Below, one piece after another: positions 8,280 through 16,748 of a stretch of 28,659 nt of DNA (positions within the stretch are counted from its first letter, which is position 1; the number at the start of each line of letters is the position of its first letter). The notes beneath the pieces are model-generated. The model saw nothing but the letters and a program-made list of their open reading frames with translations. It was not told the DNA's origin and made no database searches. The stretch comes from Candidatus Woesebacteria bacterium. Its GTDB lineage: Bacteria > Patescibacteriota > Microgenomatia > UBA1400 > PJMF01. The stretch spans positions 1 to 28,659 of the forward strand of contig DAOOPX010000002.1 of NCBI GenBank assembly GCA_035388465.1, read 5' to 3'. The position numbers and the translations under genes are program-made.

Positions 8280-10697
8280 ATGTACCTGATCAAAAAATAT
8301 CTCAAACGATCAAATTCTTCGACAACCAAGACTCGGAAAAACAGAGGGTCTGATCAAGCACGGAGAGATTACATCAAAAAAGTGGTGATCGCCTATGCAC
8401 AAAGCAAACTATCTAACCGCTGGGATTTTTATCACACTCTAAAGGTCAAAAAAGAATCTGGAATCATTTATCAAGCACCGCTGCTGATCAGATTTAAACA
8501 TTGGGTGCAGAGTTGGGTTGAGAGTGCTGATAGATTAATCAAGCGGTACAGAAACTCGTTTAAAAATCAAGTTAAACCAAGATTGGTGCGGCAAAAAAAA
8601 ACAAAGATACTTGGCGGCAAAAAAAAATCTCACCCGCTAATTAATACTTTAAAAAAAATTTTTTATCCCCTACAAATAATCTTGCAGAAATTTTTTTTTG
8701 CCGCCGCTTTCAGTCTGATTTTCGCCGGCTTAATCTTTTGGGTTTTTTACCTAACTAGTGAAGAAATTTTTAAAGATTTACCCAACCCTGCTTTACTCGC
8801 CGAGTCTCAACCCAAGATGTCGAGTATCATCACCGATCGCAACGGTGAGTTGCTGTTTCGCATTTATGACGATGAAAACAGAACTGTGGTTCCGCTTACC
8901 CAAATTCCTCAAAGTTTGATTGATGCAACCATCGCAATCGAAGATCAAAATTTTTGGGATCACTGGGGGTTTTCGCTCAAGGGTATTGTTCGGGCTTTAC
9001 AAGAAAATCGCTCTAACGCCTCGATTCAACAAGGAGGATCGACTATTACCCAACAGCTAGTAAAAAACCGATTGCTGACAAAAGAAAGAACACTCAAACG
9101 TAAAATTAAAGAATTAATTCTCGCTTTAATGGTAGAGAATCGCTACTCCAAAGAAGAAATTCTAGCCATGTATCTCAATCAGGTGCCCTACGGTGGCTCT
9201 GCCTATGGAATCGAGGCTGCTTCAGAACAGTACTTTGGCAAGTCAGCTCAAGAGTTGAGCCTAGCTGAGGCCACGTTACTAGCCGGTTTACCGGCTGCGC
9301 CTTCGACCTACTCGCCGTTTGGTCCTTCCCCAGAATTTGCTTTTGCCCGTCAGGCAGAGGTCTTGAGAAGAATGGTGGAAGATGGTTATATTACTCAAGA
9401 ATTAGCCGACAAAGTTAGTCAAGAGCAACTGAGCTTCCGCCAAGACAGAATCGAGATCAAAGCTCCCCACTTCGTCATGTATGTTAAACAGTTAATTGCC
9501 GCCAATTACGGAGAAGATTTAATCTCACAAGGGGGCTTAGAAATTCGCACTTCGTTAGATTTAAGTATTCAAAACCAGGCTGAAAAAATCGTGGCTGACG
9601 AAATCCAACAACTGAATAAACTTAAAATTAATAACGGTGCTAGTTTAGTTCTTAATCCCCAAACTGGAGAGATTCTCAGCATGGTGGGGAGCGCCAACTA
9701 CTTTAATTTTGAACAAGATGGACAAGTTAATGTAGTCATCAGACCTAGACAACCAGGAAGCTCAATCAAACCGATTACTTACTCACTGGCGTTTCAGTCT
9801 GGTTACTCCCCAGCTGATTTTATTCAAGATACACCGATTACTTTCCAAGTCGCTGGCTCTCCGCCATACAGTCCGAGAAACTATGATGGCCGCTTCCGCG
9901 GCCAAGTAAGCTTGAGAGAGGCACTTGCCTCTTCATATAACGTGCCTGCAGTCAAGCTGCTTTCAGAACTGGGAGTAAATAACTTAATAGATCAAGCCGA
10001 AAAATTGGGCATTACTACTTGGGAGGATAGAGCGCGATTTGGGTTGTCACTAACCTTAGGCGGAGGCGAGGTCACCATGCTTGACCTCGCCTCCGCCTAC
10101 AGTGTCTTTGCTAATGGCGGCTACAAAATTGAGCCTGTGGCAATTTTGGAGATAAAAGATCCCAACGGAGAAGTTCTTTATCGAAACAACTGCGTCCTAG
10201 ATCAACTCGATTGTCAAACTAAACCAGTTCTTGACCCAAGAATAGCGTACCAAATTACTCATATACTCAAAGATAACGCTGCCCGCACCCCAGCGTTCGG
10301 CAGTATGTCTTCACTTTCGATTCCTAAACAAGAAGTAGCAGTCAAAACCGGTACGACTAACAATTTACGTGATAACTGGACGATTGGTTATACTTCAGAC
10401 AGATTAGTAGCAACCTGGGTTGGCAATAACGATAACTCACCCATGAGTTATGTTGCTTCTGGTATCACCGGCGCATCGCCAATCTGGAACAAAACTATCA
10501 GATTACTGTTAGATGAAACAAACCCTCACTTTTTTTCCATTCCAAGCGGAGTCGTCATTACCAATATCTGTGCTACCACTGGCACTCTCCCCTGTGCTGG
10601 TTGCCCAAGCGTGCGTGAAGAAGTTTTCTTACCAGATGAAGTACCGACAAAAAGCTGCAACTCAGAGTATTTCAAAAAATCTTCAATCTCTCCCTAA
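8280..10697 (+). CDS. Second class A penicillin-binding protein (PBP1a family)
   Basis: EDQNFWDHWG, GGSTITQQLVKN, RKIKE; SSIK, SYN and KTGT. Start revised from TTG 8223 to ATG 8280. Confidence 0.95.
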   Translation: MYLIKKYLKRSNSSTTKTRKNRGSDQARRDYIKKVVIAYAQSKLSNRWDFYHTLKVKKESGIIYQAPLLIRFKHWVQSWVESADRLIKRYRNSFKNQVKPRLVRQKKTKILGGKKKSHPLINTLKKIFYPLQIILQKFFFAAAFSLIFAGLIFWVFYLTSEEIFKDLPNPALLAESQPKMSSIITDRNGELLFRIYDDENRTVVPLTQIPQSLIDATIAIEDQNFWDHWGFSLKGIVRALQENRSNASIQQGGSTITQQLVKNRLLTKERTLKRKIKELILALMVENRYSKEEILAMYLNQVPYGGSAYGIEAASEQYFGKSAQELSLAEATLLAGLPAAPSTYSPFGPSPEFAFARQAEVLRRMVEDGYITQELADKVSQEQLSFRQDRIEIKAPHFVMYVKQLIAANYGEDLISQGGLEIRTSLDLSIQNQAEKIVADEIQQLNKLKINNGASLVLNPQTGEILSMVGSANYFNFEQDGQVNVVIRPRQPGSSIKPITYSLAFQSGYSPADFIQDTPITFQVAGSPPYSPRNYDGRFRGQVSLREALASSYNVPAVKLLSELGVNNLIDQAEKLGITTWEDRARFGLSLTLGGGEVTMLDLASAYSVFANGGYKIEPVAILEIKDPNGEVLYRNNCVLDQLDCQTKPVLDPRIAYQITHILKDNAARTPAFGSMSSLSIPKQEVAVKTGTTNNLRDNWTIGYTSDRLVATWVGNNDNSPMSYVASGITGASPIWNKTIRLLLDETNPHFFSIPSGVVITNICATTGTLPCAGCPSVREEVFLPDEVPTKSCNSEYFKKSSISP

Positions 10698-10916
10698 AAA
10701 ATAAAGAACCAAGCTAATCAAAACCGTGATTAGCAGAATCGCTGGAGCAACCAGCTTGGCTAATAACTCAGATTTTCTTTTGGCGTCACGTTCCGAACGC
10801 TTTTGTTCGCGCTCGTGTTGCCGAATAATTTTTTCTTTTTCGATTTCATTGGCGCGGCGTTTGGCCTCAAACGCCGCTTGTTCTAGATCGGAAATCTCAT
10901 CTTTGGACTGATTCAT
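10683..10916 (-). CDS. Small coiled-coil protein with C-terminal TM anchor
   Basis: Charged helical N-terminus and LVAPAILLITVLISLVLYFL tail; overlaps the cmk stop region, same orientation as the operon. Confidence 0.7.
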   Translation of the reverse strand: MNQSKDEISDLEQAAFEAKRRANEIEKEKIIRQHEREQKRSERDAKRKSELLAKLVAPAILLITVLISLVLYFLGRD

Positions 10917-11607
10917 TACTTGATTCCTCTCTCATCAGCTGGACTTTTTCCACTATCATAATTACGGCCTCTTCGATACTTAACTCACTGGTGTCCAAAA
11001 CCCAAGATTTGGGGATAATTTTCAGCGGATCAGTAACTCGAGTCATGTCCTGCTGATCTCTTTTAATTAACTCAGCATACACTTCTTCGAATTCAACGTC
11101 TTTTCCTCTGGTTTGCAGCTGCAGCTGCCTACGTTTTGCCCTAACCGCATCACTGGCGGTAAGGAAAATCTTCAGATCTGCTTTTGGAAGAACTCGATAG
11201 GTGATGTCACGTCCTTCCATAACTACATCTTGGCTTTCTGCAATTTGCTGCTGTTTTTTTACTAACGCTTCTCTGACGGCTGGTAAAACTGCCACCGAAG
11301 ACGCACCCCAACCCATCTTTTCAGTCCGAATCTGCCAAGAAACATCTTCTCCATCAAGTAAAATTGTGGTTAACCGACCGTCTTTTTCGCCATTGGTGGG
11401 ATTCCGCATCTCGATTTTGGCCGCATTAATTAATTTCACCAATTCCAGCTCGTCATCCCATTTGACTCCTGCGCGGTCTCCCAACAAAGCTGTGGCGCGA
11501 TACATCGCGCCAGTATCAACATACAGAAAACCTAACCGCTCAGCTACAAGGCGTGAAACAGTTCCCTTACCTGCTGCTACGGGTCCATCAATCGCAATTT
11601 GAAACAT
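10897..11607 (-). CDS. cmk: (d)CMP kinase, bacterial type
   Basis: IAIDGPVAAGKGT, YVDTGAMYRA, VVMEGRDI, KIFLTAS, RDQQDMTRVTDPL. Confidence 0.96.
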   Translation of the reverse strand: MFQIAIDGPVAAGKGTVSRLVAERLGFLYVDTGAMYRATALLGDRAGVKWDDELELVKLINAAKIEMRNPTNGEKDGRLTTILLDGEDVSWQIRTEKMGWGASSVAVLPAVREALVKKQQQIAESQDVVMEGRDITYRVLPKADLKIFLTASDAVRAKRRQLQLQTRGKDVEFEEVYAELIKRDQQDMTRVTDPLKIIPKSWVLDTSELSIEEAVIMIVEKVQLMREESSNESVQR

Positions 11608-11610
11608 TAA

Positions 11611-11832
11611 TTATTTTTTCTTTTTGGTTTTTGCTTTGGTTGTGGTCGAACTTTTCTTTGGAGTGTATAACCATTCAGTTCGATCCGCAGTGAGCAAACC
11701 TCCTAAACCAACTACCAAGAGTAAAACTGGCCACAGGTCCGCATAATCAGCTGGGATCATCTCCAATCTTGAGGCAAGTAATACGATGCCCATGACGATC
11801 AGGGCAACTGGCCAAAAATAAGCTTTGGGCAT
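11611..11832 (-). CDS. Small two-TM membrane protein (LiaF-TM/DUF5668-like)
   Basis: WPVALIVMGIVLL..LWPVLLLVVGL, Lys-rich tail; AAAGGAG SD. Confidence 0.7.
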   Translation of the reverse strand: MPKAYFWPVALIVMGIVLLASRLEMIPADYADLWPVLLLVVGLGGLLTADRTEWLYTPKKSSTTTKAKTKKKK

Positions 11833-11890
11833 GCTGTTCTCCTTTGTAAATTTTTAACTGTCACCAATATATCACACCAAGGAAAAAAAG

Positions 11891-12346
11891 TTAATTGAAT
11901 CCCCGCAAACTAGCCTTAGTTTGTTGCGCAATCTCGCGAGATTGCGCTCGGCGCTTGAGTGTTTCTCGTTGCTCATACTGTTTTTTACCCCGACCGATGC
12001 CAATTACTAGCTTAATTCTGTTGTGGATCAACTTAAACTCTAGAGCTACCAGGCTCCGACCTTTTTGTTGAGCTTGACCGACGACGCGGTCAAGCTCCCG
12101 CCTTTTCAACAACAACTTTCTTGTTCTTTTAGGATCATACTCACTATTATCCGCATACTTATAAGGTGAAATTTGTGCGTTAATCAAAAACGCTTCCTCG
12201 CCAACAATCTTGACAAAACTGCCAGTCAAACTAGCATGTCCCAGCCGCAAACTCTTCACTTCTGCTCCCATCAACACCACACCAGCCACCAACTCATCTT
12301 CGATGGTGTAATCATGTCTTGCTCGTTTATTGAACACCAAACTCAT
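11891..12346 (-). CDS. smpB: SsrA-binding protein SmpB
   Basis: NKRARHDY, AGVVLMGAEVKSLR, PKRTRKLLL, GRGKKQYEQRE. Start revised to ATG 12346. Confidence 0.97.
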   Translation of the reverse strand: MSLVFNKRARHDYTIEDELVAGVVLMGAEVKSLRLGHASLTGSFVKIVGEEAFLINAQISPYKYADNSEYDPKRTRKLLLKRRELDRVVGQAQQKGRSLVALEFKLIHNRIKLVIGIGRGKKQYEQRETLKRRAQSREIAQQTKASLRGFN

Positions 12347-12379
12347 CAGGCAATTATAAACCAATCTCAAGAAAAAAAA

Positions 12380-13069
12380 TTAGCCTAGCATTTCTCTAAC
12401 CGTAGCATCAGCCAAAATTTTCATCGTGTCAAAAATTTTCAAAGAGGGGTGCTTAGGAATTAGCAACTGCAGATCAGTACAAGCCAGAGCCACACAATCC
12501 ACTTTTTTCCTAGTAAAACCATCGATAATCTCTACCAGCTCTTCTCGATCCTTATTCTCCTGTCTGCCATTTACTAAATTAAAAATGATTTTACCCATCT
12601 TGGCTTGTTGAAAATCATCTGGTGTCTGATACTCAATTCCATAATGGGCAAAAGCTGTTTCGTATAACTTATTTTTAATGGTTGCAGAAGTGGATACAAT
12701 CCCGACTTTTGTAAATCCCTCGGTTTTCATAAACTTAACTGCCTCTTCAACAATGCTTAACACTGGAACGCCAACCGCCGCGCGAATATCTTCAATAAAT
12801 ATATGTAATGAGTTACACGGCATAACAATAAAATCAGCACCAGCTTTTTCCAATCTCTGTGCCTCTCTGACCAAAAATTCACCGATTCTTTCAATGCCAA
12901 TATTTTTTTCTATTGCGTCTTGCTCTAGATTGTATGGCAATGGCACGCTTGCAATAATTATTCCAGGTCTATGCTCCTGATTCTTTTTCTGGCACGAAAA
13001 AACAATATCCAAGTAAAACTCGGCTGTTGTTTCCGGCCCAAGTCCACCAATTATCCCAACTGTTTTCAT
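12380..13069 (-). CDS. Aspartate/glutamate racemase family amino-acid racemase
   Basis: MKTVGIIGGLGPETT; both catalytic Cys present (PCNSLH, ACTDL). Start revised to ATG 13069. Confidence 0.92.
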   Translation of the reverse strand: MKTVGIIGGLGPETTAEFYLDIVFSCQKKNQEHRPGIIIASVPLPYNLEQDAIEKNIGIERIGEFLVREAQRLEKAGADFIVMPCNSLHIFIEDIRAAVGVPVLSIVEEAVKFMKTEGFTKVGIVSTSATIKNKLYETAFAHYGIEYQTPDDFQQAKMGKIIFNLVNGRQENKDREELVEIIDGFTRKKVDCVALACTDLQLLIPKHPSLKIFDTMKILADATVREMLG

Positions 13070-13190
13070 AACCCACAATTATAAACCCAAGCGACTAAAT
13101 TATATGCCTTATGTTATCCCAACATTATATTCACCCCACAATGAAGTGATTGACCCTCTGGATAATAACCCCTTTTCCCACATTTTTTTC

Positions 13191-13222
13191 TTATATAAAT
13201 TCGTATATATGAATTTATATAA
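13191..13222. repeat. 32-bp AT-rich palindrome, copy 1
   Basis: TTATATAAATTCGTATATATGAATTTATATAA, one mismatch from a perfect palindrome. Confidence 0.9.
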
Positions 13223-13340
13223 ACATCTAAACTTAATTTTTGCACATAACAACTAAGCTGTACTATTTTCTGCAATGTTCAAAACTGCCGACAGTGTGCC
13301 GGTTAATAATTAAATATTAGTTACTGGAAAAAAAATGAGG

Positions 13341-13698
13341 TTAGCTAAGTTTAATTACTTTTTCCACTGTTACAACGATAGCCCCTTTTGCTGGAAAACC
13401 TTGGTTAACTGGCATGTCTTGGACAAACTTGCGCCATTTACCTGAACTGTGATATTTTGCAGTTCCCACTAGTTTTATTCCATTCCATTTGCTGTCCCAA
13501 ACAGCTAAACACACTTCAGGATTTTCGGCCAAATTTTCTTTAGTTTGGCTCATGTAATTATCGGTAATCACCAGTTGATTATCTGAAACAACCTTAACGT
13601 ACGCCACACCAATAACGTTCGGTCTACCCCCCCCCAGTGACGGTGGCAAACGCCACAGGATTATTCTCGATTAGTTTGGCAGCTTTTTGGTCAATCAT
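13341..13698 (-). pseudogene. PNPOx-like (split-barrel FMN-binding) protein, frameshifted in a G9 tract
   Basis: ATG 13698 overlaps the hepT stop (ATGA). MIDQKAAKLIENNPVAFATVTGGG stops at TAG right after G9 (C9 at 13627-13635). With G8 the frame continues RPNVIGVAYVKVV..VRLVG-like region..AKGAIVVTVEKVIKLS to give 118 aa. Confidence 0.85.
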
Positions 13699-14054
13699 GA
13701 TTCTGACATCACACTAGGAATCTTTTCAAGCAACTCTACCAGTTGTTGTTTCAGACTGGGAATATCAACTGTTGCGGTTGTCCAAACAATTTCTAAGTCT
13801 ATATCCCAATACTCATGGGTCAAACGATTACGCATCCCAGATATTTTTTTCCATGGAATATTTGGATAAGACTGTTTAAATCCCTCTTCGAGATTAGTGC
13901 AAGCTTCACCAATCACCCCAATTTTCCTTAAAACAGCATCTTGAACGATGTTGGTTTTAGCAAAAAGTTCAAAATCACAATCTGATAAATACTCCTCAAT
14001 TGCTGCGGCGGCATCGATAATGTGATGGATAAACGGCTCAGGTCTTTTCTTCAT
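13695..14054 (-). CDS. hepT: HepT-like HEPN ribonuclease toxin (DUF86)
   Basis: QDAVLRKIGVIGEA, PNIPWKKISGMRNRLTHEY (R-x4-H-x-Y). Confidence 0.92.
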   Translation of the reverse strand: MKKRPEPFIHHIIDAAAAIEEYLSDCDFELFAKTNIVQDAVLRKIGVIGEACTNLEEGFKQSYPNIPWKKISGMRNRLTHEYWDIDLEIVWTTATVDIPSLKQQLVELLEKIPSVMSES

Positions 14055-14340
14055 AAATTATTTTGATGTCGTTTTCGACGTATGGCTTGATATATTTACT
14101 TAAACCATTTTTGGTAACTAGGTCAACTTTCACTTTCAAAACACTGCTTAGTTCATCCTGGATACCTATAAAATCAAATAAACCCTTAGATTTTGAAAAG
14201 GAAACAAGTAAATCTAGATCACTATTGGGGGTTTCTTCTCCGCGAGCAAAAGACCCATAAACCGCTAGATAATTTATGTCGTTTTGCTCAACAATTTTGT
14301 TGATTTCTGATAAGTGCTTTGTGATTATTTGTGGTGTCAT
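14038..14340 (-). CDS. mntA: Minimal nucleotidyltransferase antitoxin (MntA)
   Basis: YGSFARGEETPNSDLDLLV (GS-x10-DxD), VDLVT; overlaps the hepT start by 17 bp. Confidence 0.93.
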   Translation of the reverse strand: MTPQIITKHLSEINKIVEQNDINYLAVYGSFARGEETPNSDLDLLVSFSKSKGLFDFIGIQDELSSVLKVKVDLVTKNGLSKYIKPYVENDIKIIYEEKT

Positions 14341-14366
14341 GATTTGGGGATTAGTATAACATCTCG

Positions 14367-14394
14367 TCCGCGCAACTCGCGCGAGTTGCGCGGA
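14367..14394. repeat. Perfect 28-bp GC-rich palindrome
   Basis: TCCGCGCAACTCGC/GCGAGTTGCGCGGA with no loop. A small AACGC-AATTA-GCGTT hairpin lies at 14401-14415. Confidence 0.9.
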
Positions 14395-14417
14395 TTTGCC
14401 AACGCAATTAGCGTTAA

Positions 14418-16418
14418 TTAAAGCGGGATCTGGTATAACACCGAGCCGCTGACTGCTAGCAGCAGATTCAGCGGCTGACTAAAGAGCAAGTGCGTGGCGG
14501 TTCCAAGCAGTGGACTGACTGTTTGGGTAACAAACTTGCCTTGTTTGTCTAAAACTACGACTCGATTTTGGGCCGATTCAAGTGCGTAAATGTATGGGTG
14601 GTCAGGAGCAGTGGCCAACTGTAACGTAGAGTTAAATACTTGTGAAAATTCACTTAATGCAAACTCGCTCTGCCGCCCACCCGAAAACTTGAGAATTTCA
14701 CCCTGATTTGTACCCAACCACACATCGCCGTCAACCATCATGCTGGTGATGCTGTTGAAGTCAAAACCAACTGGCTGGGCAAACCAGCCAACCGGATTTG
14801 AGTACCCATTACCCCCCTCAACGTAGCGAAAAATATTGCGTCTATCAGGATTAAAAACATATAAATTAGTTTGAAAACCTGCTAGCAGTGTCCCCGATTG
14901 ATTCGAATCCCCCTCCGCAATCACATTGGTAATTTCAGCAGCATCTTGGTCATACTTAATGCTCGTCACCCCTTTTTCTAATATCAATGCAGAATCTAGG
15001 GCGTCAGCTACCACGGCTTTGATCTCAATGGGAGATTCGAGAGACAACAACTTGGTGATTTTTTCTTGGAGTTGATAGAAAATTATTAATTGTTGTTGAG
15101 CATCAGCAAACACTACTGACTGTCCGTCCAAACCTAAATGAGTCACCACAAAAGTTGAGGCATAAGTACGCAAGTCATCAAAAATTGGCACCTGCTTCAG
15201 CTCTCTATCCGCAATCGAGTCCAAATATTGATTTAAAGTGGCGTAAAAGGAGTCAAACTGCTCTTGCCCATACTCAGTGGTAGTCAAATCATCTTTCAAC
15301 ACGAGCAGATCTTTAGTCAAATCAGTAACTTGTTTCTTGGCTAAAACCGGCTGATCAGTACTAACTGCGTAGGCAGTCTGTAACTTTTCACGGAGCGGTT
15401 GCAATACTTGATCAACATTAACCCGCATTTGATATTGACGAAAAAGAATAATGCCAAGGGAGATAGCTAGTACACTCACCGCTGCAAACACAATGCTAAT
15501 TTTTTTTAAAGAAGCTCTGGCCAAGTTCTGATCAAGATAAACTTGTTTTGACCCAAACCACCAAGAAAAACTCCTGACTTTTGGTCTAGAAATACGAATG
15601 TTTTTAAAATAACCAATTAATTTGGGGAAAACAGCCAGTATTTTGATCAAGAATAAAGCCAAGCCTGTAGAAACTTTTTTAGTAATTGCATACAGACCCA
15701 CTTTATTTTTTTGAGACTGGGTCGAAGCTGGCTGAGCTTCGCTCACGAGCGACTCAACACTAGTTGTTGGTAAAACTTTAGCTTGAGTGTCATCAATTTC
15801 AGAAATTAAGCCTTGTTCACCCATAATTTCAGCCACTGTCTCAGTTAAATCTTGATTAAAGGAAAATATTCCTAGTGCCACGTCAGAATCATGAATGGAT
15901 TGAAGAATCGAGTTGGTTTGTACTGAAGATTTTTTCCATGGATTTTCTAATTGATGAAGTTGGAAGATGGTTTTTTTTGCACCTCGGGTGTAAAAAAAAC
16001 ATAAATCATTCGGGTGGCGGACTCCTTTGATCAGCTGGAGTTTGTCTAGAGGTTTGAGTAAGTTACCTCTCTTTCCACTTCGTTCTAGATAAATTCCTAC
16101 ACCCTGGGTGGCCAAAATAATCTTTCTGCCCTCAGTCAGAATTAATCCAAACTCCAGCTGATATTGATTGCTTTGAGCTTCTTTGAGCAGAGATTCAAGC
16201 TTTTGGTAAAGCGCCTCAGCTTGCAATGGCAAATGGTTTTTGATCTCAGCTAAACACTCATAAGCGAAGTTCTTAGCTTGGTCACCAGACACCACAATTA
16301 AAATTGCACCAGCTTGCTTTGGGTGTTTAATTAATTCAAAATGCGACCAACTCCCTCGTAGTGGTCGACCAATCAAACCAAAACCAGTTGGGTTAAGCTG
16401 AGCTCTGAGTAATTGCAT
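14418..16418 (-). CDS. Hypothetical single-TM protein with helical stalk and C-terminal NHL/beta-propeller-like domain
   Basis: 666 aa; TM SIVFAAVSVLAISLGIILF; YALESAQNRVVVLDKQGKF-type repeats. Confidence 0.75.
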   Translation of the reverse strand: MQLLRAQLNPTGFGLIGRPLRGSWSHFELIKHPKQAGAILIVVSGDQAKNFAYECLAEIKNHLPLQAEALYQKLESLLKEAQSNQYQLEFGLILTEGRKIILATQGVGIYLERSGKRGNLLKPLDKLQLIKGVRHPNDLCFFYTRGAKKTIFQLHQLENPWKKSSVQTNSILQSIHDSDVALGIFSFNQDLTETVAEIMGEQGLISEIDDTQAKVLPTTSVESLVSEAQPASTQSQKNKVGLYAITKKVSTGLALFLIKILAVFPKLIGYFKNIRISRPKVRSFSWWFGSKQVYLDQNLARASLKKISIVFAAVSVLAISLGIILFRQYQMRVNVDQVLQPLREKLQTAYAVSTDQPVLAKKQVTDLTKDLLVLKDDLTTTEYGQEQFDSFYATLNQYLDSIADRELKQVPIFDDLRTYASTFVVTHLGLDGQSVVFADAQQQLIIFYQLQEKITKLLSLESPIEIKAVVADALDSALILEKGVTSIKYDQDAAEITNVIAEGDSNQSGTLLAGFQTNLYVFNPDRRNIFRYVEGGNGYSNPVGWFAQPVGFDFNSITSMMVDGDVWLGTNQGEILKFSGGRQSEFALSEFSQVFNSTLQLATAPDHPYIYALESAQNRVVVLDKQGKFVTQTVSPLLGTATHLLFSQPLNLLLAVSGSVLYQIPL

Positions 16419-16493
16419 ATCTGTTTCAAACTATTTATCTGTGGGCAGATTTAGAGATTTATCTGTATGACTCTCGGAAAATTTGGCAAGAAT

Positions 16494-16748
16494 TCAAAGA
16501 GCTATTAGATACAATAAAACCAAGAATGTTAGCCCAAAATGAATTAAACCAAAAACCCAGAGTGCAGGAGTAAAGGAAGTTTGAACTGTGTTGCTCATTA
16601 ATTGAATCTGACGCAAAATTAACCCAGAAAAAAGCGTGTAGAGTAAAATTCCCAAAACAAACAACACTTTCACAATCATTAAAAAGGTATTGTGCAAATT
16701 TAGATCATTAAGAAATAGATCCGCTGAAACGGTGGCTGTAGGCAACAT
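16494..16748 (-). CDS. Small membrane protein (DUF5657-like)
   Basis: Two TMs with RQIQLMSNTVQT between them; TAATG coupling to the upstream gene. Confidence 0.65.
   Translation of the reverse strand: MLPTATVSADLFLNDLNLHNTFLMIVKVLFVLGILLYTLFSGLILRQIQLMSNTVQTSFTPALWVFGLIHFGLTFLVLLYLIAL

Noticed and set aside
11833-12400. tmRNA (ssrA) next to smpB
   Set aside because: The intergenic gaps are too short, and no tRNA-like ends are seen.
13100-13130. dif-like TTATGTTATCC
   Set aside because: Only a partial XerD arm; no XerC-like arm ending in ATAA at the 6-bp spacing.
13191-13222. loxP or integron attC identity for the 32-bp palindrome
   Set aside because: It shares TTCGTATA with loxP but lacks the 8-bp asymmetric spacer geometry. 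It has no RYYYAAC/GTTRRRY cores, and no integrase is in the window.
13080-13340. oriC candidate (AT-rich 260-bp gap)
   Set aside because: Only 1-2-mismatch DnaA-box-like 9-mers, no dnaA/dnaN nearby, and no strand switch here.
14895-14920. tRNA T-arm-like TTCGAATCC
   Set aside because: No cloverleaf can be built, and it lies inside a coding region.
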